NCBI GenBank assembly: GCA_001783145.1
Contig: MFQT01000016.1
Span: forward strand, 3,796-67,795
DNA from: Candidatus Magasanikbacteria bacterium RIFOXYB2_FULL_38_10
Lineage (GTDB): Bacteria; Patescibacteriota; Patescibacteriia; Magasanikbacterales; UBA10003
Reading direction: 5' to 3'
Length of the DNA: 64,000 nt
The position numbers were made by a program, and so were the translations under genes. The notes below the pieces were generated by a model. That model made no database searches. It was given only the letters and a program-made list of their open reading frames with translations, and had not been told where the DNA came from. How positions within the stretch are numbered: position 1 is the first letter of the stretch; the number at the start of each line of letters is the position of its first letter. Positions 50,058-58,748 of the stretch are shown one piece after another.

Positions 50058-52223
50058 TTATTCTTTCAGGCGACTTTCCGCCAGCACCATCAGCATCATA
50101 CTGAAAATCGGCGCTTCTTCGCGCAAACGATCAAAATCATCCTTAGCCAAAGAAAAAACTACCAGATCGGTTTTGGCCACCACATCAGCTATTCTTTTTT
50201 GGCCCTTAACCAGGGCGATTTCGCCAAACAGCTGATTAGTACCAAGAGTAGCCACATGCCGAATGTTGCCTCTTCCATCGTCATGCAGCACTTCAGCTTC
50301 TCCCTCAATAATGCCATACATATTATCCGCGTCTGTCCCTTGGGCAATAATCCTTGTTCCAACTGGAATAATTATCTTCTTAGCACGAACAAAAATCTTA
50401 TTCTGTGTACTAACCGAAAGTTCTCTAAACTGGTGGAACTGCATGAAGATGGGACGGAACTGGTGAATCTTCATCAGCATTTCCATAATCCTGGTATCCT
50501 TAATCAGCAGATTAAAGATTTCCTTGCCAATCTCCAACAACCGCACCGGCGTGTTAGTTCTGACAGAGGCGTTGCAAGGGACGCCAAACATAATAGACAT
50601 TTCACCAAAAAAGTCTCCGGTGGAAAGCTGGGCTATTACTTCATCTTTCTGCAAGACGGAAAGAGTCCCGGCTATAACGATGTAAAAATTCTTGCCTTCT
50701 TTGCCCAATTCCAACAAGTTGTGATTGATGGGATATTCCCTTACTCTTCCTTGATGCAAAATAACATTGAGCCACATGGGCGAAAGACCAGCCAAAATTG
50801 GAGCGTTCTGCACCTGCCTAAAGGCATTGACATCCCAGCTTTTGGCTTCTACAAAAGTCCAGCTCTGTCCCGGCGTTAAACTTTGGAACAGGTGCTGGAG
50901 ATTAGGGGGTACTTTGGAAAGGTGCGTGGGTACAATCACCCGACGCAGTTGCGGTGGCAGAGCGGCCAATTCTTCAATGTCAGGGTGAATGAGTCCGCCA
51001 CCGGCGTCAAAAAAAGTCAAATCCGATCCCATCTCCGGAATGTGCTGGATAAAATCGTGAAGTTCATGGGAAATAGCGCCCTTTTCCAAAAGCGCAGTCA
51101 GTTTTTTACCCCAAAGCGTATCACCACTATAAATGATGGAGCGGCCATTCAAGGTTACTCTGAACCCCAGCGTGGGCACAGTGTGCACCGCGCGCCAAAA
51201 TTCAAACCTGGCGCCGTACCAATCAAAGGGCTTTCCCAATTCAATTCGTACCTGCCTGATGTAATGTTTCACCTCTTCAACCGGCCGATCCAAAGTCAGA
51301 GCAATTTTAGTAACAATACACCAGTAACCAAGATCATCTGACATGGCATAGGAAACCTTGCCATTAACTACCAATCCAAAAATGTTGCAATGGTCCTCGT
51401 GAATATGGGTATCAATGAATACGAAGACTTCATGTGAGTTAATACCGAGGTGACGCAAGTGTTCTTTGGTCCAAGCCGAACTATCCACCAAAGCAAACAT
51501 ACCGTTGAGCGAGAGCAGCACGCCCGAGGTGTAGCCGGTAGGATCAAAACCAGTGGTGCATTTGCTCAAGGCAATCGCACCAAAAGTAGACCTATCAGCA
51601 AATAATTCCGGCATAACAATAGGCAAAGGAGGCCTCTGCGGTTCGTTGATGGTAATGTCTACTGTCCAAGTTTCTTCACCATTCGTGAACTCAAAAATAT
51701 TGGGCGCCAGAATTTTAACCTTCACGCCCTGGTATTCCAGTGTCCCGTCCGCAGCAAAACAAACAAATTCCACCAAGTCATCAATGCCCGCTACTTCGTC
51801 AGTACCCTTCTTGTGGATGGCCAAGGCATCAGACATTGTGCGGAATTCCACTTGCGTGGCTTTATCAATGCCCCACTTGTCCATATCCTCATACGAAGGG
51901 CCAAGCAAAGTCAAACGCAAAATTTTACGCAGGCGTTCAATCTGTTCGGCAGTGCCAAAAACAGTCGGGCGCTTACCCTGGAAATAATACTGCTTGAAAA
52001 ACAACATCTTAAAGATAGGGAATTCCAAGGCGGCTTGCACAATGCCGTATTGATACATTAGAGCCGGCAAAAAAATCTTGTCGGGCAACTGCAGGCCCTT
52101 AATTTCCAAAACCTTCACAATTTCCGAAGGACAACCAAGCAAGGCTTCAAAAGCCGAAGTGTGAGAAATTTTGCACCCGGGCATGACATCAGTGACCCTA
52201 ATCAAAGGCGTTTGACTGGACAT
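50058..52223 (-). CDS. MBL-fold metallo-hydrolase fused to two cNMP-binding domains (cyclic-nucleotide phosphodiesterase-like)
   Basis: THIHEDH, HTVPT, YSGDT, IHP; two CRP-type domains (GDFFGEMS..ASVRT, LFGEIAL..RIADV); AGGAG SD, start ATG 52223. Confidence 0.82.
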   Translation of the reverse strand: MSSQTPLIRVTDVMPGCKISHTSAFEALLGCPSEIVKVLEIKGLQLPDKIFLPALMYQYGIVQAALEFPIFKMLFFKQYYFQGKRPTVFGTAEQIERLRKILRLTLLGPSYEDMDKWGIDKATQVEFRTMSDALAIHKKGTDEVAGIDDLVEFVCFAADGTLEYQGVKVKILAPNIFEFTNGEETWTVDITINEPQRPPLPIVMPELFADRSTFGAIALSKCTTGFDPTGYTSGVLLSLNGMFALVDSSAWTKEHLRHLGINSHEVFVFIDTHIHEDHCNIFGLVVNGKVSYAMSDDLGYWCIVTKIALTLDRPVEEVKHYIRQVRIELGKPFDWYGARFEFWRAVHTVPTLGFRVTLNGRSIIYSGDTLWGKKLTALLEKGAISHELHDFIQHIPEMGSDLTFFDAGGGLIHPDIEELAALPPQLRRVIVPTHLSKVPPNLQHLFQSLTPGQSWTFVEAKSWDVNAFRQVQNAPILAGLSPMWLNVILHQGRVREYPINHNLLELGKEGKNFYIVIAGTLSVLQKDEVIAQLSTGDFFGEMSIMFGVPCNASVRTNTPVRLLEIGKEIFNLLIKDTRIMEMLMKIHQFRPIFMQFHQFRELSVSTQNKIFVRAKKIIIPVGTRIIAQGTDADNMYGIIEGEAEVLHDDGRGNIRHVATLGTNQLFGEIALVKGQKRIADVVAKTDLVVFSLAKDDFDRLREEAPIFSMMLMVLAESRLKE

Positions 52224-52258
52224 TTTTTCTCCTGTTTTAGTTGTCAAAGTACCTTTTA

Positions 52259-52287
52259 AACTTAGCAAGTTTAAGGGTACATGTCAA
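52259..52287 (-). promoter_or_regulatory. sigma70-type promoter embedded in an inverted repeat
   Basis: TTGACA-17-TAAGTT; gtacc..ttaaactt/aagtttaa..ggtac dyad overlaps the -10. Confidence 0.6.
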
Positions 52288-52300
52288 TCATTTTTAACTT

Positions 52301-52339
52301 AAACAAAACATCACCCCGTTCTCTGACAGGGTGATGTTT
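52301..52339 (-). terminator. metK terminator
   Basis: aaacatcaccc...gggtgatgttt. Confidence 0.7.
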
Positions 52340-52349
52340 GAAATGCTAA

Positions 52350-53498
52350 TTACTGAATAATTGCCTTTTGCAATTCATCCACTTTGTCTATTTTTTCCCA
52401 AGGAAATTCCGGGCGGCCAAAGTGGCCATAAGCGGAAGTGGCGCGATAGATTGGACGGCGCAAATCCAAATGTTCAATAATTTTTCCCGGACGAAAATCA
52501 AAAACTTTGGCAACTGCTTTTTCTAATTCTTCATCACCAAACTTTCCGGTACCAAAAGTTTGCACGCGAATGCTGGTTGGTTCAGCGCGTCCGATAACAT
52601 AAGAAACCTGCACTTCGCACTTATCAGCCAAATCGGCAGCTACAATATTTTTAGCCGTATAACGCGCCATATAGGCGCCGGAGCGGTCCACCTTACTAGG
52701 ATCCTTGCCGGAAAAACATCCGCCTCCATGCCGTCCCATGCCGCCATAAGTATCCACGATTATTTTTCTACCAGTAAGTCCGGTGTCACCGTGGGGTCCG
52801 CCCACTACAAACCGACCGGTCATATTAATAAAATATTCCGTCTCCGCATCCAAATATTTTTCGCAAATCGGTTTGATTACCTGTTCTAAAATATCTTGAC
52901 GCAATTGTTCGGTTGTAACGTCATCATTATGTTGGGCGGCAATCACCACATTTCTTAAACGCATCGGCTTATCATCCACATATTCCACCGCCACTTGCGA
53001 CTTACCGTCCGGACGCAAATATTTTAAAATTCCTTTTTTCCTCACTTCAGTCAAACGCTGAGCTAATTTTTGCGCCAAAATTATGGGTAGAGGCATCAAT
53101 TCTTCTGTTTCCTTAACGGCATAACCAAACATCAAACCTTGATCCCCTGCTCCCTGATCTTCCGCCATAGTTTGTGTGACGCCCTGCGCAATATCCGGCG
53201 ATTGTTCATGAATGGCGGACAAAACACCGGCATGTTCGGCATCAATCCCATAATTAGAATCCGTATAGCCGATTTCATTTAAAACTTGGCGAGTAATTTT
53301 TTGGGTATCAACATAACCCTTGGAGGTCACTTCACCTGCAATTATTACCAGACCGGTAGTGGTAAAAGTTTCCACCGCCACTCGGGAATTAGGATCTTGT
53401 TCCAGATAAGAATCCAAAATGGCATCAGAAACTTGGTCGCAAATTTTGTCAGGGTGCCCTTCTGTCACAGATTCGGATGTAAAAATATATTTAGACAT
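52350..53498 (-). CDS. metK: S-adenosylmethionine synthetase
   Basis: [33 protein letters not shown]. Confidence 0.98.
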   Translation of the reverse strand: MSKYIFTSESVTEGHPDKICDQVSDAILDSYLEQDPNSRVAVETFTTTGLVIIAGEVTSKGYVDTQKITRQVLNEIGYTDSNYGIDAEHAGVLSAIHEQSPDIAQGVTQTMAEDQGAGDQGLMFGYAVKETEELMPLPIILAQKLAQRLTEVRKKGILKYLRPDGKSQVAVEYVDDKPMRLRNVVIAAQHNDDVTTEQLRQDILEQVIKPICEKYLDAETEYFINMTGRFVVGGPHGDTGLTGRKIIVDTYGGMGRHGGGCFSGKDPSKVDRSGAYMARYTAKNIVAADLADKCEVQVSYVIGRAEPTSIRVQTFGTGKFGDEELEKAVAKVFDFRPGKIIEHLDLRRPIYRATSAYGHFGRPEFPWEKIDKVDELQKAIIQ

Positions 53499-53840
53499 AA
53501 AAATAAAAATTATGCGGAAAAACCGGCTCTTGCAAGAACCAAACTACCGCCTCAAGCGACGGAGGGAAGTTATTGATTAGTATCGACTTTTAATATTAAC
53601 AAACCAATAACTAACACTGTCACTTGGAATAAATTATAAAAATCCTCTTTTAGAAATCCTCTGCAATAAATTAAAACCAAATCAATTTTATCACCAAAAT
53701 AACGATTAGTAAAATAAAAACCCGAATTATGTTTCTTAATGGGACAAATTAACTTCCGTTTGACAGCAAATTGCTCTTCTTGACTTATAAAATATAATTT
53801 GGCATAATTAAAATCAATAAACTCTTGTAAGGGGTTCTGA

Positions 53841-54185
53841 ATGAGTGTTTGGGAAGAACTCAAACAATTGACTGGTAAGGATTTAAAGGGGTTTCAGATT
53901 CTTTTAATGGCCGAAGTTTACAAAAAAAACGAGGACGGACGCAAAACGGGATCCGTTGGTTTCTTTAAAAATCCTGCTATTGCCCAGGCTTTTGTTGGTG
54001 AGCAAAACGATGCTCCTTGGCACGGCATTGCTGGCGTATATGTTTTGACCAATGGCAAGGTGGGCTATGTTCTTGATACGGGAGAAAAAGTAACGTTCTT
54101 TGATGACGAACAAGAAGCCGTCAGACTTCGGCAGAAGATCCTTGAAAAACTTACACCAGGGCAACGCGCCCTTCTTGGAGTGTAA
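53841..54185 (+). CDS. hypothetical protein (orphan cassette, phage-like C-terminus)
   Basis: Own promoter (TTGACT-17-CATAAT), AAGGGG SD-like, downstream terminator; ends LEKLTPGQRALLGV. Confidence 0.65.
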   Translation: MSVWEELKQLTGKDLKGFQILLMAEVYKKNEDGRKTGSVGFFKNPAIAQAFVGEQNDAPWHGIAGVYVLTNGKVGYVLDTGEKVTFFDDEQEAVRLRQKILEKLTPGQRALLGV

Positions 54186-54420
54186 GAAAGTAATTTTATA
54201 GAACCGTTCTTTCAACAGCACCAAGCCTTAGGCAAGGTGTTTTTTATTTAGGCATAAGGTACATATTTACTCTGTCTAAATAGTTAAGCCTATTTTGACG
54301 TTCCGGCTTTTATCCAGAAAATATACTAAAATTTCCTTTATTCGCAGATAACAATAAAAATATATTGACAAACGATAAAAGATAAATTAAATTGTAGTTA
54401 TCGCTAACCAAAAATCATCT

Positions 54421-54906
54421 ATGAAAAAAAGCTCAACAATATTTCTTCAGGTCGTAATCATGCTTATCGGCATTGTGGCACTGGCCATTATGATCCGGTT
54501 TCCTTTGACCGAAGGAAGGGCCGCGAACTTAGACCTGTTTAGTATTTATGCTGACCCTTTCATAATCTATGGATATCTCGCGTCTATCGCGTTTTTCGTT
54601 GCGCTGTATCAGGCGTTTAAATTACTCGGATACATCAGACAAAATAAAGTATTCTCACTAGAATCCGTGAAGTCTTTAAGGAATATAAAATATTGCGCAA
54701 TCGTACTGAGTTGCTTTATTGTAATAGCGGCAATATACATAAGGGTATCTTTTAATGGCAACGCAGATGACGATCCGGCGGGTTTTATTGCCGTGTCTAT
54801 TGTGGCCATTTTTATTTCTATCGTTATCGCCACTGCCGCGGCCGTGTTTGAAAAAACTTTGCAAAGTGCCGTAGATATCAAGTCTGAGAACGACTTAACC
54901 ATTTAA
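54421..54906 (+). CDS. DUF2975-family membrane protein
   Basis: Four TMs, LYQAFKLL..I, LRNIKYCA, terminal KSENDLTI. Confidence 0.88.
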   Translation: MKKSSTIFLQVVIMLIGIVALAIMIRFPLTEGRAANLDLFSIYADPFIIYGYLASIAFFVALYQAFKLLGYIRQNKVFSLESVKSLRNIKYCAIVLSCFIVIAAIYIRVSFNGNADDDPAGFIAVSIVAIFISIVIATAAAVFEKTLQSAVDIKSENDLTI

Positions 54907-54910
54907 CGCT

Positions 54911-55114
54911 ATGGCAATCATTATTAACATTGATATCATGTTGGCGAAGCGGAAGATGAGCGTCACCGAGCTCGCCGAGAAAGTTGGTATCACAATGGCT
55001 AACCTCTCTATATTGAAAAACGGAAAGGCAAAAGCAATTCGCCTTTCAACTTTGGAAGCTATTTGCAAAGCTTTAGATTGCCAGCCCGGGGACATTTTGG
55101 AATATAAGAAGTAA
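54911..55114 (+). CDS. Cro/C1-type HTH regulator (YozG-like)
   Basis: MLAKRKMSVTEL..GITMANLSILKNGKAKAIR..LDCQPGDIL. Confidence 0.92.
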   Translation: MAIIINIDIMLAKRKMSVTELAEKVGITMANLSILKNGKAKAIRLSTLEAICKALDCQPGDILEYKK

Positions 55115-55390
55115 CGACAAATTTGACTATAAAAAAGAAAAAGAGCAGCACAAACCGCTCTTTTTTATTGATATTTTATAGACAAGCCAAATTTTTTCTA
55201 CGACAATCAAAAAACATTCACCTTTCCCAAAACTTGCTTAACATTTTGTTTATAACTATGAACTTTCTCTCGAGCGGCGAGGGATTTTTGCGGAGCGCGG
55301 ACACGAGGCGGCCGCTCGGAGCCGCCCTTTCAAATCGCGAAGTTTATATTAGCGGAGAGTCGTGGACGATGTCAGAACTGCCTTACTATT

Positions 55391-55705
55391 TTAGGATTCC
55401 ATTCGTTTAAGAGCTCTAAGAACAGTAGAAGCAACAAAATCTTTTCGCGCAGCGGCCAACACTGGCAACGTTGCGAGCACAGATGCATTTTTAGTAGGCA
55501 ACAATTCTACCTTTCCTCCGTTATAATCGGTAAGTTGCATTAAGAATTCATCGAGCCAAGATGGTGTTACTGTGAGTACTTGGTCAAAATCAATTTGGAC
55601 AGACACATCAGGATTAAGTTGTGGACGAATTGCATTAAAGGCCTCCAAACCTGCCGGGCGAGAAATAAGCACAGTGCCAAATTTTTTGAGTTGGATCATT
55701 TGCAT
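55391..55705 (-). CDS. STAS-like (DUF4325) protein
   Basis: FG..LISRPAG, IDFDQV..TPSWLDEF. Confidence 0.78.
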   Translation of the reverse strand: MQMIQLKKFGTVLISRPAGLEAFNAIRPQLNPDVSVQIDFDQVLTVTPSWLDEFLMQLTDYNGGKVELLPTKNASVLATLPVLAAARKDFVASTVLRALKRMES

Positions 55706-55717
55706 ATTTATTATATT

Positions 55718-56446
55718 TTAAAATTGTATAACAGCATATGTTCCGCGGATATTTCCATCAGTCATCATAATTTGCATCAATCCTGGATGCAGAGGGATAT
55801 TAACTAGACCAATTCCCGAACGAAATAAAAGGCCGATTTCATTTGATTCTGCCACACTACGAACAACCTTGAGCCCGTTGCCGCGTTTCTCTGGATTTCT
55901 CCCCGAAACAATTTCTGTAAAAGCCACTTTAAGCGCTTCAATATCAGTTGCGAGATTTGGTCTGATTTGTTGAAGCGTTGTTTTGACACCGCGCCCTCGG
56001 TCCGCAAGAACTATAATACGCTTATCGATATTATACCCAAAAAATAAACCTGGAACATCAGGCCAGTTGCCAACATTATGTGCAAAAGAATTATCGCCGA
56101 TTTCTCCCGCAACAAGAGTGAGAAGCGAAGCCATATTTTCCGACACATTTCCGGCTTTTTGGAGCTCAGCACCCATCCTGGTCACTCGATTTGTGAAACG
56201 GTCTGCCCGTTCGCAATAATATTCACTTGGTAGTTCTGGTGGGATTGCGCTTGTGGCCCATGCTAGTCCTAATATTTTAAGATCAAGAGTAAAGTTGTTA
56301 AGATCTCGCAGCGCGTAAAAACGTTGTTTACCTTCACTTCGTCCAGCACGAAGTTTGCCGGATTTTTCCCAGTTGCGTAGAGTTTGCACCGAAACACCAA
56401 GTATTTTTGCCGCCTTTCCTATTCGTACGTTTTGCCCATTTATCAT
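55718..56446 (-). CDS. MerR/excisionase-type HTH fused to HATPase_c (anti-sigma-kinase-like) domain
   Basis: IGKAAKILGVSVQTLRNWE; EIGDNSFAH (N box), DRGRG, RGNGL, GT; start ATG 56446 lies 8 nt after a TATTAT -10. Confidence 0.8.
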   Translation of the reverse strand: MINGQNVRIGKAAKILGVSVQTLRNWEKSGKLRAGRSEGKQRFYALRDLNNFTLDLKILGLAWATSAIPPELPSEYYCERADRFTNRVTRMGAELQKAGNVSENMASLLTLVAGEIGDNSFAHNVGNWPDVPGLFFGYNIDKRIIVLADRGRGVKTTLQQIRPNLATDIEALKVAFTEIVSGRNPEKRGNGLKVVRSVAESNEIGLLFRSGIGLVNIPLHPGLMQIMMTDGNIRGTYAVIQF

Positions 56447-56465
56447 ATAAAAATATAATACCACA

Positions 56466-56560
56466 AAAACCTATAAAAGTCAAGGGAGTTTTTATAGATT
56501 ACAGCATAAAACCTATAAAATCTAGCATTTCTTTATATATTTACTAAGAAAACCTATAAA
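56466..56560. repeat. phased AAAACCTATAAA repeat array over the promoter
   Basis: Copies at 56466, 56508 and 56549 (42/41-bp spacing) with inverted TTTATAGATT and TTTATATATT between them. Confidence 0.75.
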
Positions 56561-56599
56561 CTGGACAAATTCCCCTTAACAAAAACAAAAAGTGAAAAT

Positions 56600-56689
56600 T
56601 GGCGGTGGGGGTGAGATTCGAACTCACGATACTCTTGCGAGTATAGCGGTGTTCGAGACCGCCGCATTCGACCACTCTGCCACCCCACC
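56600..56689 (-). tRNA. tRNA-Ser(CGA)
   Basis: GGTGGGG acceptor, anticodon CGA, long variable arm, G73, CCA. Confidence 0.95.
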
Positions 56690-56860
56690 AACCACTTAAA
56701 TTTAACAAAAAAAACCGCCAAAAGCAAGAAAACCCTGCCAGATCACCTAGCAGGATTATAAATGTAATAAGTTCAAACAAAAAAGTTATTAAAAGCTGTC
56801 CAATCGTGCCAATCTCCGCCATTGCACCCACACCCATCTTACCGTAAGCCAATTCCCAAT

Positions 56861-58150
56861 TTACAGATTAATCTTTTTACCTTCTAACTCTTCTATTTTC
56901 TTTTTCAATTCAATCATTTTTAACTCCCTACCTGATAAAATTTTATTAAGTCTTTCCACTTCCTCTAACTCTTGTTCCAAATTTTCCCTGGTTCTTTTCA
57001 AATCTTTTGTCCTATCTTCTACTTTTTGCTCCAAATTTTCATATGATTCTTTTAATTTAACTACCATCTCATTAAAAACTTTAATCAAAAAACCCATTTC
57101 ATCTTTTCTATTATAGCGGCTAGCAACAAAAATCACTTCATCAAAATCGCTCTGTGATAATTTTTGGGCTACGCGCGATAAATACAAAAGAGGATTGATC
57201 AACCAACGAGAAAATAACAAAGAAATTATTAAAACCGAAATTTCGGTAATAATAAAAATAATTAAAAAATAATTAAAAAGTTGCTTGAGCGGTTGATAAG
57301 CCTCATCTCTATTAATTTTTACCACCAAACCCCAATCTGCTCTAAGCGCATATCTGGTAGCCGCTATTACAGGAGTTCCTTTATAGTCAACAATATTATT
57401 TTCAACCAACAGAGTCTCGTGTCCGTTAGTTGCCGGTACGATGGGGACATTAATTTTATCTTTCGTGACAATACGAGTTAAAGAAGCATTAGGATCAAAA
57501 CGCGTAGGGGTAACAAAAAGCGCATCACCCTCTTTATTTTTTTGGGCTATCAGCATTTCGCCGGTTTCTCCTAAGCCAATAAAATCACTGGTGATTTTAA
57601 GCACTGGATCAAAAAAATTTATAACGGCAATAAAACCAATATTTTGATTATCTAAAATCAAAGGCGCAGTAAAAAGAAAACGAGGAATATTATCTACATC
57701 TTTAAAAATACCCTGGTATTTTTCTTTTTCTTGCGGACTTTGAAGCAGAGGCCACAGAGCCTTGTTCTTCTCTATCTCAGAATCGGTAGAGACAACTAAC
57801 CTATTTTCTTTGTCAAAGACAGAGATTGATTGAATTTCAGAAACGACCAAAGAAGCATCTCTAATAATTTCGTAAATTTTGTTCAAATTTTGCTGATCTT
57901 TATTTTTAGAATAATCTTGGAGATTAGTTTTTAAACTGGTGCGGGAACTGGTTAATTTTAAAATGTTAAAGTAAGAATTTAAAACCTCATTTATTTCTTG
58001 TTTTTTGGAATTGGCTAAAGAAATTAATTGTCCATTAACTTGATTGGAGATGGTGTCACGCATTTGCCAATAAAATAACGCGGTGATAACAATGAGAGGT
58101 ACGATGGTAATACCCACTAATAATAAAATAAGTTTGGTAAAAAATTTCAT
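56861..58150 (-). CDS. Cache/HAMP membrane sensor without catalytic output domain
   Basis: TM, periplasmic GLGETGE..DYKG..WGLVVKI, TM, HAMP (P..DEMG..FNEM), LEQKVEDRT, terminal GRELKMIELK coil. Confidence 0.8.
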   Translation of the reverse strand: MKFFTKLILLLVGITIVPLIVITALFYWQMRDTISNQVNGQLISLANSKKQEINEVLNSYFNILKLTSSRTSLKTNLQDYSKNKDQQNLNKIYEIIRDASLVVSEIQSISVFDKENRLVVSTDSEIEKNKALWPLLQSPQEKEKYQGIFKDVDNIPRFLFTAPLILDNQNIGFIAVINFFDPVLKITSDFIGLGETGEMLIAQKNKEGDALFVTPTRFDPNASLTRIVTKDKINVPIVPATNGHETLLVENNIVDYKGTPVIAATRYALRADWGLVVKINRDEAYQPLKQLFNYFLIIFIITEISVLIISLLFSRWLINPLLYLSRVAQKLSQSDFDEVIFVASRYNRKDEMGFLIKVFNEMVVKLKESYENLEQKVEDRTKDLKRTRENLEQELEEVERLNKILSGRELKMIELKKKIEELEGKKINL

Positions 58151-58264
58151 AGTTTCTTGAGCGAAATTATAAAATTCGCTGATAAAAAAATAATAAAGGC
58201 ACTTTTATTATACCAATCCAATTTGGAAAAACAAAAAATCCCCTGCACAATGCAGAGGTTTTTT

Positions 58265-58340
58265 TGGTTGCGGGACCCGGACTCGAACCGGGAACCTTCG
58301 GGTTATGGGCCCGACGAGCTACCAATTGCTCTATCCCGCG
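58265..58340 (-). tRNA. initiator tRNA-fMet(CAT)
   Basis: C1:A72 mismatch, GGG/CCC anticodon-stem pairs, anticodon CAT, CCA. Confidence 0.93.
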
Positions 58341-58483
58341 TCATTAACTTAAACTAAATTATAAAGGTTTTTTTATCTTTTGTCAAATCCCTGTACTGTA
58401 ATATAAAGTGAGCCAAATGAGGCATGAGTTAAACGGATCTTAATAAAAGAAAAAAACGCTATTTTTCAATAGTGCTTTTTTCT

Positions 58484-58558
58484 TGGAGCGGGTAACGGGA
58501 GTCGGACCCGTATCTCGTCCTTGGCAAGGACGCATAATAGCCGCTATACTATACCCGC
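58484..58558 (-). tRNA. tRNA-Gly(GCC)
   Basis: GCGGGTA/TACCCGC acceptor, anticodon GCC, U73, CCA. Confidence 0.93.
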
Positions 58559-58707
58559 GAAGTGAGGAATAAGGCGGCCAAGCTTGCTTGGACATCTTTT
58601 CCGAACGAGTGGGTATACGAAAGTATACCCACGAAATGAGGGGCAAAATGAATAAATTTTTTTATTCATTTTCTCCGAATGAGCGGATATATGGAACATA
58701 TATCCGC
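58559..58707 (-). repeat. two tandem 74-75-nt double-hairpin units upstream of tRNA-Gly
   Basis: Units 58559-58632 and 58633-58707; each on the minus strand reads gYggRtata-loop-tataYccRc-tcRttcg-hairpin-cctcaYttc. Confidence 0.75.
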
Positions 58708-58748
58708 AAAATATTACTCCTACAATATACTCTTATTCTAAACGGAGG

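Noticed and set aside
53570-53863. 97-aa minus-strand ORF upstream of metK
   Set aside because: Overlaps promoter-like AT-rich sequence and the start of the opposite gene; no recognisable motifs
55123-55410. 95-aa plus-strand ORF
   Set aside because: Runs through a terminator and a probable remnant patch; TTG start with no support
56544-56852. ORFs overlapping tRNAs (also 58157-58357, 58440-58646, 58588-58854, 63074-63405)
   Set aside because: Explained by tRNA genes, repeats or the antisense strand of alr
58559-58707. Hammerhead ribozyme or CRISPR mini-array
   Set aside because: GAG-stem-CGAA resembles hammerhead stem II but the CUGANGA core is missing; only two degenerate units and no cas genes
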